A stretch of 64,000 nucleotides of DNA from Promethearchaeota archaeon (lineage in GTDB: Archaea; Asgardarchaeota; Lokiarchaeia; Sigyniarchaeales; SOKP01), in assembly GCA_019057865.1 (NCBI GenBank), contig JAHLWP010000007.1, positions 75,005 through 139,004 of the forward strand. Direction: 5' to 3'. How positions within the stretch are numbered: position 1 is the stretch's first letter; every line of letters starts with the position of its first letter. A program made the translations under genes and the position numbers. The notes below the pieces were generated by a model, which saw only the letters and a list, made by a program, of their open reading frames with translations, was not told the origin of the DNA and ran no database searches. This document shows, one piece after another, positions 1 to 11,084 of the stretch.

Positions 1-763
1 TTAAGTCTAGGAAACCCCTATTTAGAGTGGATATTTTTTGTTTTATGATATCAGCTTCAATAGTAACGCCTAAATGATTTGCCTGAGACTCCAAATCATT
101 AGCAGTATGATAATCTTTTCCATCTTTAATGAATTCTTCTTTATTTCTTAAATAGCACCATAGGACACAAACTAATCCTAGCTCATGAGCATATCTAAAA
201 GATTCACTAATTTCTTGAATCTGGCGTCTAGATTCTTTAGAACCAAAGTAAATTGTTGCACCTACTGCAGCAGCTCCCATAGTCCATGCTTGATCCACAT
301 TCGCGAAGAATGTTTGATCCGAAAGTTCTGGTTTTGTAAGTAATTCGTTATGGTTTATTTTTACTATAAATGGAATTTTTCTAGCATACCGACGAGAAAT
401 TGATCCTAAAACTCCTAGAGTGGAGGCAACACCATTACATCCACCATCTATGGCCAATTTAATAATATTTTCAGGATCAAAATAGGATGGATTTACAGCA
501 AAACTGGCAGACCCACTATGTTCAATACCTTGATCTACAGGTAATATAGAAAGGTATCCGGTTCCGGCTAGCCGACCACGTTGATTAAATAATCTAATCA
601 TATTATTTAAAACCAAATTAGTACGGTCTGAATGCTCCATAACTCTTTCAATGAAATCTGGTCCTGGAACATGAATAAGATCCTTCGTGATTCCTGTACA
701 TGTATGATTCAGAAGTCCTTCAGCTTCAGATCCAAGGAGGTTTTTAATCTCATTAAAATCCAT
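1..763 (-). CDS. fbaB: Class I fructose-bisphosphate aldolase (DhnA/FbaB type), runs off the window start
   Basis: Manual minus-strand translation from ATG at 763: [22 protein letters not shown]...[55 protein letters not shown]...GATIYFGS, matching FbaB motifs. Absent from the ORF track because it has no stop in the window. Confidence 0.93.
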   Translation of the reverse strand, partial: MDFNEIKNLLGSEAEGLLNHTCTGITKDLIHVPGPDFIERVMEHSDRTNLVLNNMIRLFNQRGRLAGTGYLSILPVDQGIEHSGSASFAVNPSYFDPENIIKLAIDGGCNGVASTLGVLGSISRRYARKIPFIVKINHNELLTKPELSDQTFFANVDQAWTMGAAAVGATIYFGSKESRRQIQEISESFRYAHELGLVCVLWCYLRNKEEFIKDGKDYHTANDLESQANHLGVTIEADIIKQKISTLNRGFLDL

Positions 764-900
764 TTTTTTATATCATCCTCTTTATTATATTTTAAGATTA
801 AAGAAGAAATAATCTTCCTAAAATAAAATATTTTTCCTTCTTAATATTTGCTAATCAATAGTTTTAAGAAGAAGTATGCAAATTGAGCCTTGCAGATATA

Positions 901-1185
901 TTATTCTGATTTACCATTTGAATTAAAGAATTCTTTTAATAGTTCTGAAAGGAGATTATAATTACTTGAATGAACTTTTGAACTTCCACTTTCTAATTTA
1001 AGTAAAATTTTTCTTTTTTCTATACCATTAATCTCTAACTTTAATAATAATCTCTTCTTTTGATATTTTAAATTTCTAACATCAGAAGTTTTTTCCCATA
1101 AGTTATCTATCTTTTCTGAAAGAACTTCTTTTTCATTGAAGGGTGGCTTTAATTGATTTCTTTTTATTGTATCTGTTTTTTCCAT
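901..1185 (-). CDS. Hypothetical protein
   Basis: 94-aa ORF, K/E-rich, no recognised motif. Confidence 0.5.
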   Translation of the reverse strand: MEKTDTIKRNQLKPPFNEKEVLSEKIDNLWEKTSDVRNLKYQKKRLLLKLEINGIEKRKILLKLESGSSKVHSSNYNLLSELLKEFFNSNGKSE

Positions 1186-1333
1186 TTTTCTAAATTTATC
1201 TTGTAATTACTTGCTTTATTATCTATGAGATATTTTCATCCCGCATTTAAAAACCCCATAATAATTTCGGTTAGAATTTTACCTTATGAATTTGAACGAG
1301 AAACATTAATTTGTATGAGAATTTTTCATAACT

Positions 1334-1663
1334 ATGCCTAATGAATTCGATTTTAAAAACTACAAATCAATAGAAGACTATGGTAAAACAATGGAAGGTA
1401 CAAAATATCTTCATGATTTATATTTAAGGGCGGTTAATCATCCAGTTCGCAGACAAATATTAACTATCGTTAATAATGCTAAAAAAATTTCTAAAGAAAA
1501 ATTGTTTAGTATTCTTTTGGACGAAAACGTTATCAATGATGAATTTTCACTCAATTACAATATAGATTACTTGATTAAAGCTTTTTGCATTGAAAAAATT
1601 GAGGAAAAAAGTAAAATTTATTATGAAATCACTCAAAGTGGAAGAGTGATTGATTATTTATAA
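1334..1663 (+). CDS. ArsR-like winged-helix protein
   Basis: AVNHPVRRQIL helix 1 motif and YYEITQSG wing. Confidence 0.7.
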   Translation: MPNEFDFKNYKSIEDYGKTMEGTKYLHDLYLRAVNHPVRRQILTIVNNAKKISKEKLFSILLDENVINDEFSLNYNIDYLIKAFCIEKIEEKSKIYYEITQSGRVIDYL

Positions 1664-1680
1664 TAAAGCAACCATTATTG

Positions 1681-2136
1681 CTAATCACCCATCAATTTTT
1701 TATAGCAATTACAACAAGGGATTCCAAAACTAAAATTAATTTTATTTAATTTCTTACTTCTTAAATTCATGAATTTAATTAACTTTTCTTTTAATTCTCT
1801 TTTATCTTCGTCAAAATATAGTTTCTTTAAATTACGATAATGATTGTATTGATAACAAATAGGGCAAATTTGATAGAATTTTATAAAGCTTGAAAAAAAT
1901 TCTTTTTCTTCTTTCGAAAGAGCTTTTAGCTTTAAATCAGGATTATTATCGATAAGATTTCTTAAATTATTTAACTCATTTAACATTTCATCTCTTAATA
2001 ATGTTGTATTGATTCTCCGATTTTCCAAATTATTTAATTTTTCGCTTATTAGAATTTCTCGAGTATCTGATTTATCAAAATATTCTATAGCCTTATAAAA
2101 AAGTGGTAAACGTTTATTTTTCTGCTTTTCTCTCAT
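1681..2136 (-). CDS. Hypothetical protein with C-terminal Cys pairs (putative Zn binding)
   Basis: CPIC ... PCCNC. Confidence 0.6.
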   Translation of the reverse strand: MREKQKNKRLPLFYKAIEYFDKSDTREILISEKLNNLENRRINTTLLRDEMLNELNNLRNLIDNNPDLKLKALSKEEKEFFSSFIKFYQICPICYQYNHYRNLKKLYFDEDKRELKEKLIKFMNLRSKKLNKINFSFGIPCCNCYKKLMGD

Positions 2137-2211
2137 ATAAAAAAATCATTTTTTTTATTCGTATTTCTTTTTTTTCATAAAATATCTAGTTTGGTAATCT
2201 AAAAAATCTTT

Positions 2212-3507
2212 TTAAAGAAATTTCAAATTTTTCTCATTTCGGTTAAAAATATCATTCTTTTGCTCACTAGTTAATCTCCTGAAGTCAATTACTTTGGAAG
2301 GCGCAAAATATTCAAAATTAAAATCAATATCATCACCTGCAAACTTGCCAGGGATTGGCATCAAGCGCGCTGTTAAAGGTTTATTCAACCTAACAGAAAG
2401 TGTACACAAATCTAATAATATATAAAATAATTCTTTTTCTGTAATATCACCAGGTAGAGGAACAACATCTAGACCTGTACCACAAATCGTAGAGTATAAC
2501 AAGAGAGAATCGATGTTGAATTTATTTTCTGATAATCTTTTGGATATAATATAATCTTCTAATACAGGTTGCATAAAACCTGAAAATCCGATGACATTCT
2601 CCTTATCAATTGGAATGGAATTATTTATTAATGCTATTCCAGTTAAAGTTCCATTAGCTCCAAAATATTCAATACCTAGTTTTTCTATTGCTGTTCCTAT
2701 GCTTTTTTCAATTATGGGATATGGGGCAGGTGAAAAATCAACTCCTTTAAATTCAATATTGAATTTTCTTCCCACTTTTATTGAAATTTTAGTTAATTCA
2801 TCATAGATTTCATTAAATTTCATTAATAAATTGTCTTGTACGTCTTTAAATGTAGTAGAAGAATCAATAACATCAATAATTACATCTGCCATTTCTAAAG
2901 CAAGAGAAAAACCTGATTTTTCAGAAAGGTGATATGCTGCCGGAAAGAAGGGAACGTTTGGTTTAACATTAGATGACACACAGAATCTCAAATTATTAAA
3001 AGGATCGGGCTCTGAAAGTTTTTTGATTATTTTAGCACTAGACTTTATAGCTGAAATATTAATTCCAGTTTCTGTAGACGCTAAAGGTAAAGATGTGAAA
3101 AAGTTTTCACTATTTTTAATGAACTGAGGTACTTCATTTAATAGTAACTTCTCAAAAATTCCTAACTCTTGAATTTGATTTGCTAACATCATGCAGCAAG
3201 CAAAATAGTCTATATCATAATCCTTGAATATAGCTTGTAAAAAACCTAATTGTTCACTTATATCGACTAATGTTTCTTGTAAATTCTTTTCATAGAATAA
3301 TTTGTTATCATAACTAAAAATTGGTTGTGAACAAACTCGTTTAGTATCAACTAGTATGTTAATATCCTCAAATTGGTTGATAATTTCATTATTAAAGTTA
3401 GTAAAATTTTTAAGTTTTTCTTGTAAATAGGATAGTGTTGTTTCATTCCTATATAAAAATGGTATTTCCTGCCCGATAGTAATTGCTCGAATTCTCATAT
3501 TATCCAC
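2212..3507 (-). CDS. DUF711/UPF0210 (PFL-like) family protein
   Basis: MRIRAITIG start, PFFPAAYH, GFSGFMQPVLED, YSTICGTGLDVVPLPGD, KPLTARLMPIPG. Confidence 0.85.
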   Translation of the reverse strand: MDNMRIRAITIGQEIPFLYRNETTLSYLQEKLKNFTNFNNEIINQFEDINILVDTKRVCSQPIFSYDNKLFYEKNLQETLVDISEQLGFLQAIFKDYDIDYFACCMMLANQIQELGIFEKLLLNEVPQFIKNSENFFTSLPLASTETGINISAIKSSAKIIKKLSEPDPFNNLRFCVSSNVKPNVPFFPAAYHLSEKSGFSLALEMADVIIDVIDSSTTFKDVQDNLLMKFNEIYDELTKISIKVGRKFNIEFKGVDFSPAPYPIIEKSIGTAIEKLGIEYFGANGTLTGIALINNSIPIDKENVIGFSGFMQPVLEDYIISKRLSENKFNIDSLLLYSTICGTGLDVVPLPGDITEKELFYILLDLCTLSVRLNKPLTARLMPIPGKFAGDDIDFNFEYFAPSKVIDFRRLTSEQKNDIFNRNEKNLKFL

Positions 3508-3656
3508 TCTGATATTGAATTTAGAATTTTATTCTCATACTATAATATACAATATCAATTAATAAGATTTATAGAGGAATAGCAATAAAACAATAAAATA
3601 CTAACAATTATTATACTAAATTAAAATTTTCTTTTTTAAATAAGATAATAAAAATC

Positions 3657-6071
3657 CTATATTTCATCTAACTTAGCTTTATCTATTGCTTTTTCTTTTC
3701 TTGAAATAGGTTTTGTATATTCTTCTGGACGAATTGGGCCTAAATTTTCTAATTCTTCTTTGAATTCAGTTATTATTTGAGCAAATTTTTCTCCTTCTCC
3801 AGCAGATATACTAGTAATTTTAACACGATTCTCATATATCCCTGTCTCCGCTAACATTTGCTTAATACTTTCATAACGTGTTGTTGCTTTTTTAAATCCT
3901 TCTTGATAATGACAATCTTGAGGATAACATCCAGCAATTAAAACACCATCTGCACCATAAAAAAAACTCTCAAACACTAAAGAGGGATTCAACATTGCAG
4001 TACACATTACATGAATAATTCTTACATTTGTAGGGTAAGTTAATTTACTTATACCGGCAAGATCTGCCCCCAGATAGGAACACCAATTACAAAGAAAAGC
4101 AATAATAAGTGGAAATTCTGATTTATCTTTTAATAATGAATTTATTTGGGCAGAGATCTGATTTTTCGTGAACCCCGGAATATATAGAGCATCAGTTGGA
4201 CACATTGCAGCACACGCTCCACATCCAGTACAATTTGCTTGAATAATATCTAAATGATTCTTTTCAATATTTAGTGCATTGAACATGCATATATTTTCAC
4301 ATAAACGGCATAAATCACATTTTTCCTCATCAAAACACACTACATGTGGATCTAATTCTACTTTCTTTTTAGAGATTAAACTAATTACTTTAGCAGCTGC
4401 GCTTTCTGCTTGAGCAATACTACTTGGAATATCTTTTGGTCCCTGAATTGCCCCAGCTATATATATCCCAAAAATAGAACTTTCAGAAGGATTTACTTTT
4501 AAATGCTTTTCTAATAAAAAACCATAAGGACCTTGAGAAATGCCTAAAATTTGACTTAATTTGTCTGTATTTTCTGCTGGCTCAATACCTACTGCTAAGA
4601 CTGCTAGATCTGTTTTATTTTCAAATAAAGCATCTTCAGTAACATCTTCTCCTCGAATAATTAACTCTTCAGATGTATCACTCTTTAATATTGCTGATAT
4701 ATTACTTCTAATAAACCGTATTCCAAAAACTTCACGTGCCCTGTTATAGAATTCTTCACAATTCTTGCTAATAGATCTAATATCTGTGTAATAAATATTA
4801 ATTTTAATATCAGGATATTCTTTCTTTAGTAAAATTGCTTGTTTTATTGCAACATTACAACAAACCTGACTACAATATTCACGATGAATCTTTTTATTTC
4901 GTGATCCAACACATAATACAAATGATACCTTCTTTGGTGGTTGACCGTTGGAAGGTCTTATGATTCTTCCATGGGTGGGGCCATCATTATTAAATAATCG
5001 TTCCATTTGCATTGTTGTAATTACATCAGAATATTTTTGATAATTTAATTCTCCTAAAATGGATGGATCAAATATCTTTAATCCAGTTGCTACGATTATT
5101 GTACCAACTGTAATATCTAAAAATTCCGGTTTTTGGTCAAAATCAATTGCAAGTCTATCTCCACACGCTTGAGAGCACGCTTTGCATCCTATGCAATACT
5201 CCTCTAAAATATATGGAAATAGGGGAATAGCCTGTGGATATGGAACATCTATAGCCTTTCTTGGGAAATATGTATCCACTATATCAATAGGGCACACATC
5301 ACGGCAGATATCAACACAACCTACACAATTTTCTTCCACGATAAATCTTGGTTTCTTTTTAATAGAAACATTAAAATTACCAACATATCCCTCAACTTTT
5401 TCTACCTCAGAATAAGTTAATAATTCGATATTAGGATGATCTTTAACTTCCGTCATTAATGGTCCAAGAATGCAGATCGAACAATCTAAAGTGGGGAAAG
5501 TTTTATCGAATAGAGCCATATGGCCCCCTATAGTAGGTTCCTTTTCTACAAAATACACTTTATAGCCAGCATCAGCTATAACCATAGCCGCTTTTATCCC
5601 CGCAATACCTCCACCGATTATTAAGCAGGATGGTAGTACACTTGAATATTGGACTTCTAAAGGTTTTAAGAGTTTAACTTGTTCTATTGCCATATTAATT
5701 TGATCAATTGCTTTTTTTGTAGCTTTCTCTGGTTCATTGGCATGGACCCATGAATTTTGTTCCCTTATATTTGCAAAAGATATTAAAAATCGATTAATTC
5801 CTGCTTTTTCGATAGTTTTTCGAAATAAAAGTCCGTGTAATTTAAATGAACATGCTGCAATAACAACACGATCGATTTTTTTTTCTTTAATTTCTTCAAT
5901 AATTTTGTTTAAACCTAATTCTGAGCATAAGTATTGATCTCCAATAACATGAATTTCTGAATAATTGTTGAAGTGTTCGATTAATCTATTATTGTCAATA
6001 ACACCTGAGATATTCCTACCACAATCACACAAAAAAAGTCCTATTTTCAATTTGAGACCTCTTATAAACAC
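3657..6071 (-). CDS. hdrA: Heterodisulfide reductase subunit A fused to a C-terminal MvhD/FlpD domain
   Basis: LFLCDCG, AACS, NIREQ, IGGGIAG, DKTFPTLDCSIC, CVGSR, YCSQVCC, GPKDIP, ferredoxin motifs; C-terminal FLCNWCSYLGAD...GADGVLIAGC..DCHY (MvhD). Confidence 0.93.
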   Translation of the reverse strand: MFIRGLKLKIGLFLCDCGRNISGVIDNNRLIEHFNNYSEIHVIGDQYLCSELGLNKIIEEIKEKKIDRVVIAACSFKLHGLLFRKTIEKAGINRFLISFANIREQNSWVHANEPEKATKKAIDQINMAIEQVKLLKPLEVQYSSVLPSCLIIGGGIAGIKAAMVIADAGYKVYFVEKEPTIGGHMALFDKTFPTLDCSICILGPLMTEVKDHPNIELLTYSEVEKVEGYVGNFNVSIKKKPRFIVEENCVGCVDICRDVCPIDIVDTYFPRKAIDVPYPQAIPLFPYILEEYCIGCKACSQACGDRLAIDFDQKPEFLDITVGTIIVATGLKIFDPSILGELNYQKYSDVITTMQMERLFNNDGPTHGRIIRPSNGQPPKKVSFVLCVGSRNKKIHREYCSQVCCNVAIKQAILLKKEYPDIKINIYYTDIRSISKNCEEFYNRAREVFGIRFIRSNISAILKSDTSEELIIRGEDVTEDALFENKTDLAVLAVGIEPAENTDKLSQILGISQGPYGFLLEKHLKVNPSESSIFGIYIAGAIQGPKDIPSSIAQAESAAAKVISLISKKKVELDPHVVCFDEEKCDLCRLCENICMFNALNIEKNHLDIIQANCTGCGACAAMCPTDALYIPGFTKNQISAQINSLLKDKSEFPLIIAFLCNWCSYLGADLAGISKLTYPTNVRIIHVMCTAMLNPSLVFESFFYGADGVLIAGCYPQDCHYQEGFKKATTRYESIKQMLAETGIYENRVKITSISAGEGEKFAQIITEFKEELENLGPIRPEEYTKPISRKEKAIDKAKLDEI

Positions 6072-6180
6072 TAAATTTTCGCAATCTTATGAATAATATA
6101 AAGTTGAATTAATATTAATTATTCTAATAATTAGTATAAGATAATCTTGACTTTTCGTAATTATAAAGAAGAACTATGAA

Positions 6181-6786
6181 TTACCTATTAGTTATATCAT
6201 TAGGTAGAAATTTATATACTTTAAATATATTAAAATCATTTTTCTTCATTTTCATGAAAAAATTCTTCTCCATCTCATATTCTTGTTTTGCCCATTTTAT
6301 AATATCATCTTTAGAGTAAAAATATCCTTGGTTCTCAAGAGATTTTTGAAGAGCGGGACATCTTTTTGAATAGTCTTTAAAGTTTCTTAAACTATTTATA
6401 AGCATATTCCAACCAATAGGAAAAGCTCTACATTGGAAAGGTCTAGCTGTATGAACAGTACATTTATTATCCTTTAAAAAATGGCAATGTTCATCGTTAC
6501 CAGTAAATTTAAATCCTAATGTCTTAAATCGATAAGTTTTACCTTTTTTAGTTTTTGGATTCCTCCAAAAGAAGGTATCATTTATTATTTTCAAATACTT
6601 TTTAGTAAATTCTCTCAAACCAGATATTCCTTTTAGATTTAAATGATTGGCAAGCGTTTTAATGTCATTTTTATATAAAAATACTTCGCCTTCGCCTAAT
6701 CCTCTACAACAAGTGCCACACATCTTGCAGGAAAAGAAAATTCCATTCTCAAACTTTTTAGAGATTTTAATCTCAGTTGAGGTCAA
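6181..6786 (-). CDS. YkgJ-family cysteine-cluster protein (CxxCxxCC)
   Basis: FSCKMCGTCC ... CHFL...CTVHTARPFQCRAFP. Confidence 0.85.
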   Translation of the reverse strand: MTSTEIKISKKFENGIFFSCKMCGTCCRGLGEGEVFLYKNDIKTLANHLNLKGISGLREFTKKYLKIINDTFFWRNPKTKKGKTYRFKTLGFKFTGNDEHCHFLKDNKCTVHTARPFQCRAFPIGWNMLINSLRNFKDYSKRCPALQKSLENQGYFYSKDDIIKWAKQEYEMEKNFFMKMKKNDFNIFKVYKFLPNDITNR

Positions 6787-6901
6787 AACTATAATTTATC
6801 TTTTTGTTGTTGGTTTTTAAATAATATACAAATATTTAATTAATATTTAAATATTAATTCATTGATTATTTTAGGCAATAATGAAAGAGGAGTTTTAGTT
6901 T

Positions 6902-9151
6902 TTGGTCAGGAATTTAACCATAAATGAATATGTAGATCTTGATCTACAAATTATAAATAAAAAAGTAAAGCAGTTTGAAAGAATTTTAATTAAAAATGAG
7001 ATTCACATCGATAAAAGATTTATTAAATGGATTAAAGACTTTAAAAAGATATATGGGAGTAGATACGCAAATTTACAGTTATATATTGTTTTATCTTTAC
7101 TTTATTTATTAAGCCTTGAATTTATTCATAATTATATTCTAAAAAATGAAACCCCTTTATTTAAACAAAAAAATCCCATAAAAAAATATAAAAGAATAAT
7201 AGGACAAGTAGAAGCCATTTATAGAAATATTGAAATTTTTGAATTTGATTATTTTGAACCAATCTTATCATTCTCTGTAAGAGAAGATGCTATTATTTTG
7301 CGGGAACTCATTGAAATATTGTCCAATCACGTGTTAAATTTAAAAATTGACCCTGAATACTTATTTGATTATCTGATACAAAAAATAATATCTCCTATTA
7401 TAAGACATAAAATTGGTGAATATTATACTCCTCCTTTTTTAGTTAAAATAATGGTCCATGAAGTTTATTCATTTGGAGATACAGTCCTCGATCCTTGTTG
7501 TGGGTCTGGGAATTTTTTAGTTGAAATCTTAAGATATATAAATTCACAAGATAGGAGTAATGAAGAGAAAATAAGCGCAATCAATCGAATATATGGGTAT
7601 GACATCAATCCTATCTCAATCTATTTTTCAAAAATTAACTTTTTATATATTTTAAGGGAAAAAGGTCCTTTAATTAAATTCCATTTATATGTTCTTGATT
7701 TTTTATCCCAAAAAGGGAGTAAGTTGGATACAAAATTTGACTTAGTAATAGGAAATCCTCCATGGTATACATATAGAGACATAGAATCAGTATATTATCA
7801 AAAGCAAATTAAATCTTTAGCAGAAAATTTAGAAATAAAACCACTTCCTAAAAATGTTTTAAATTTAGAAGTCTCTACTCTCTTTTTTTATAAAGCAAAT
7901 AAGGTTTTTATGAAAAAAAATGCGAAAATATTTTTTGTAATTACTAAAGGAGTAATCACAGGTTCCCATGCTTCTCAATTTCGTAATTTCAAAGGTTTTT
8001 ATAATTTAAAGATTTGGACTTTTGATAAAAAGATTGAAAATGTTTTTAACATTGATTTTATTTGTTTGTTTGCTCAAAAATCTGAAATTGAATTTGAATA
8101 TTATGATAAAGAGATTCCTTCTTTACATTTTAAGATTAATGATAAAGCCAATGATATAAATTATTTTTCTCATATAGAATTAAAACAGGAAAAAATTAAT
8201 TATTTAATACCCTATTGCGTTGAAATAAAAGGTGAAAAAAGATATCCAAAAAAATTTATTCTAAAAGAAAGATATGAAGAATTATTCTGTATTAGACCTA
8301 GCTATTATAAAAAACAATTTCACAAGGGTGCTGATTTAAACCCAAGAAATTTAATATTCATTAAATATAAAAAAGTAGATGATAAATTAGTAAGAATTAA
8401 TCCTGATGAGAGAATTTTTAAAAGAGCCAAATTCCCTTGGAATAAAAATGAATTTAAAGATGAACTTGTTGAAAAAGAATATCTTTTTAAAGTAATTAAA
8501 AGTACAGAATTGGTAAAATTTTTTGTCTGTAATTATTATTATGTTTTTCTACCACTCTCAAAAAAAGATTTTAGTTTTAATTATTCAAGTTTATCTAAAA
8601 ATGCTAAATGCTTTTATGATAAAATTAATGAAATTTATTTGAATTATAAGAAGGAAACTACAAAAAACAATTCTTTAATGGATAACTTAAATAGATGGTC
8701 AAAATTGATTAATAATAGACAACTCTCAGAGATTAAAGTGATCTACAACAATTCAGGTTCAGTATTGAATTCTGCAGTTGTACAAGGGAATTTCATAATA
8801 ACAGGAGATTTGAGTTTTTATGCTACTCAAAATCTTGATGAGTCATATTATTTATCAACCATATTAAATTCTACGATAATGACAAATCAAGTTCAAATAA
8901 TGAAAAGTTCAAGACATATTTTTAAAATTCCCTTTGATATCCCTATTAAAACATTCAATCCAAATAACCAGAATCATCAAAAGTTAGTTAAATTAGGAAA
9001 AAGAGGAGAAGATATAGCAAAAAATACAGTCGATAAATTCCTCAAAAATAATAATTTTTCCAAAATAAAAATTCAAAATGTATTGTATGCAGAGTTAGGT
9101 AATATTTTAACTCAAATTGATGAAATTTTAAAGAATGAATTTGAAGAATAA
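6902..9151 (+). CDS. N6-adenine DNA methyltransferase with C-terminal target-recognition region (type IIG/HsdM-like)
   Basis: GEYYTPP, VLDPCCGSGNFL (motif I), YGYDINP, DLVIGNPPW (motif IV), YLSTILNS in the C-terminal region. Confidence 0.88.
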   Translation: MVRNLTINEYVDLDLQIINKKVKQFERILIKNEIHIDKRFIKWIKDFKKIYGSRYANLQLYIVLSLLYLLSLEFIHNYILKNETPLFKQKNPIKKYKRIIGQVEAIYRNIEIFEFDYFEPILSFSVREDAIILRELIEILSNHVLNLKIDPEYLFDYLIQKIISPIIRHKIGEYYTPPFLVKIMVHEVYSFGDTVLDPCCGSGNFLVEILRYINSQDRSNEEKISAINRIYGYDINPISIYFSKINFLYILREKGPLIKFHLYVLDFLSQKGSKLDTKFDLVIGNPPWYTYRDIESVYYQKQIKSLAENLEIKPLPKNVLNLEVSTLFFYKANKVFMKKNAKIFFVITKGVITGSHASQFRNFKGFYNLKIWTFDKKIENVFNIDFICLFAQKSEIEFEYYDKEIPSLHFKINDKANDINYFSHIELKQEKINYLIPYCVEIKGEKRYPKKFILKERYEELFCIRPSYYKKQFHKGADLNPRNLIFIKYKKVDDKLVRINPDERIFKRAKFPWNKNEFKDELVEKEYLFKVIKSTELVKFFVCNYYYVFLPLSKKDFSFNYSSLSKNAKCFYDKINEIYLNYKKETTKNNSLMDNLNRWSKLINNRQLSEIKVIYNNSGSVLNSAVVQGNFIITGDLSFYATQNLDESYYLSTILNSTIMTNQVQIMKSSRHIFKIPFDIPIKTFNPNNQNHQKLVKLGKRGEDIAKNTVDKFLKNNNFSKIKIQNVLYAELGNILTQIDEILKNEFEE

Positions 9152-9244
9152 GAATTTTTTAAGATTAAAATAAATAGGTGTATTTATTTCTATCACTTAA
9201 TTATACCACAGTATAAAATTATAGGATTTCTTTGGTAAATTCTA

Positions 9245-9763
9245 ATGCGGTCATTTGTTTTTAAGGTCTTAATCGCGGGGAATGGCGGAGTGGGTAAAAC
9301 CTCATTGCTACGTAGATATGTAGATGGATTCTTTGATGATTCTACTATTGAAACGGTAGGTGTGGATTTCTTCATTAAAGAAATCGAATTTAACAATACT
9401 TATTGCATGTTGCAATTGTGGGATTTAGGGGGTCAAGAAAGATTTAGACATTTAATAGAAAATTATGTAATGGGTGCTAGGGGAGCCCTCCTTTTATTTG
9501 ATATAACAAGGATGCCAAAAATCGAAAGTATTTTACAATGGGTGAATATTATAAGAATACATGATTTGAATTTACCTATAATACTTGTTGGAACTAAACT
9601 TGACCTCGAGGATGCTATTGCTGTCGATGATGAAAGTGCAAATCATATAAAAAATGCCTTTAATATGATTAAATATGTCAAAACCTCTGCTAAAACTGGT
9701 GATGGTGTTGAAGAACCATTTGAAATATTAGCAAAAACCATAAAGAAAGGAATTAAATACTGA
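9245..9763 (+). CDS. Rab-like small GTPase (eukaryotic signature protein)
   Basis: G1 GNGGVGKT, G2 ETVGVDF, G3 WDLGGQERF, G4 TKLD, G5 SAK; no C-terminal prenylation cysteines. Confidence 0.93.
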   Translation: MRSFVFKVLIAGNGGVGKTSLLRRYVDGFFDDSTIETVGVDFFIKEIEFNNTYCMLQLWDLGGQERFRHLIENYVMGARGALLLFDITRMPKIESILQWVNIIRIHDLNLPIILVGTKLDLEDAIAVDDESANHIKNAFNMIKYVKTSAKTGDGVEEPFEILAKTIKKGIKY

Positions 9764-9913
9764 AATTTTTACTCATACATGTTCCATGCTTAAAATATTT
9801 ATCTCAACTAAATGTTGTTAAAATGAAAATTCCTTTTATCGAATTATAGAGAAAAAATTATTTGTTTTGTATTATTTAATTTAATAATTATAAAGATAGT
9901 AAACTTTGACAAG

Positions 9914-10723
9914 ATGCAACAAGATCAACTTATAATTTTAGGGTCTGGTGGCGGGAGGCATCATATAAGGACTCAACATCGAGCAACTGGAGGCATTCTT
10001 TATAAATTTAATGGGATTCAATCTCATATAGACCCTGGACCAGGAGCAATTGTGCGAATCAATCAATATAAAGAAGATCCCCTTAAAACAGAATTATTTA
10101 TTGTGACCCATGCTCATGTTGATCATTTTAATGATTTAAGCGCTTTAATTGAGAGTTCTAGGGAAATATTGCATGATAAAAATTATAATTATTTCAAAAA
10201 AGGGATCTTAATTACTACAAATGAAGTGCTTAAGCTAATGTCTAATTATCACCTAAATATGCTTGAAAAGATAATCTCTTTTAAAGCTGGAAGCAAATAT
10301 AATTACAAAGATATTGAAATTAGGGGGACTAAAGTCGTTCATTCCCCCAATAACGAAGGATTTGGTGTAATTTTTAAACTAAAAAATTATTCATTAGCAT
10401 TTGCAAGTGATACTATGGTATATGACAGTTTTTCTGAACAATATTCGCGAGTAAATATTCTAATTCTTAACTTATTAAGACCAAATTCCGTTACTTGTAA
10501 GAGGCACTTATGTACTGATGAAGTAATCCCATATTTAAATAAAATTGTCCCTCCTCTTAATGGATTAGTTATAACTCATTTTGGTTCTTATATGGATGGA
10601 CCAAGATCTCCTAAAAATTTTGTTCCAAGTCAAGTCAAAAAGCTAAAAGAGAAAACTACCATTAAAAATATTATCGCTGCTGAGGATGGATTAAAAATCA
10701 AAATTGCTTCTCTATTAGAATAA
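9914..10723 (+). CDS. Metallo-beta-lactamase-fold hydrolase
   Basis: LGSGGG, IDPGPG, THAHVDH, ASDT, ITHFG. Confidence 0.85.
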   Translation: MQQDQLIILGSGGGRHHIRTQHRATGGILYKFNGIQSHIDPGPGAIVRINQYKEDPLKTELFIVTHAHVDHFNDLSALIESSREILHDKNYNYFKKGILITTNEVLKLMSNYHLNMLEKIISFKAGSKYNYKDIEIRGTKVVHSPNNEGFGVIFKLKNYSLAFASDTMVYDSFSEQYSRVNILILNLLRPNSVTCKRHLCTDEVIPYLNKIVPPLNGLVITHFGSYMDGPRSPKNFVPSQVKKLKEKTTIKNIIAAEDGLKIKIASLLE

Positions 10724-10843
10724 AATTAAATCCTCCTTCTTTAGGTAAAACTAATAATTCTAAACTTAGTATGTTCTCGATATTGAAACATAAATAATTA
10801 ATAATCACATTATTTTTATAAGAGGATATACCTATATATTCTA

Positions 10844-10966
10844 GGAAGGGAAATAAAAAACAAGATAATTTGAGCTAACATTGGATTTCGCCCTCTATTA
10901 AACTCTTTGATGAGTTTAATTCTCTCCCTGATTTTTTTCTAATTGCTCGAATTTCTTCTTCCCTTC
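10844..10966 (+). ncRNA. Candidate structured non-coding RNA (three nested helices)
   Basis: GAAGGGAA(10845-52)/TTCCCTTC(10959-66); AATTTGAGC(10867-75)/GCTCGAATT(10945-53, one G-U); ATTAAACTC(10897-905)/GAGTTTAAT(10912-20); TATA-like TTTATAA about 25 nt upstream. Confidence 0.3.
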
Positions 10967-11084
10967 ACTTCTTTATATTTTTATTAAAAATAAGATCGAA
11001 ATAAATTTAACAGTGAATTTTTATAATTGGGTTATTTTCAAAAAGGATCAAATTAATATATAAAAAGAGCAGGAAATTAAAGAT

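Noticed and set aside
632-826. 64-aa + strand ORF
   Set aside because: Antisense to the 5' end of fbaB
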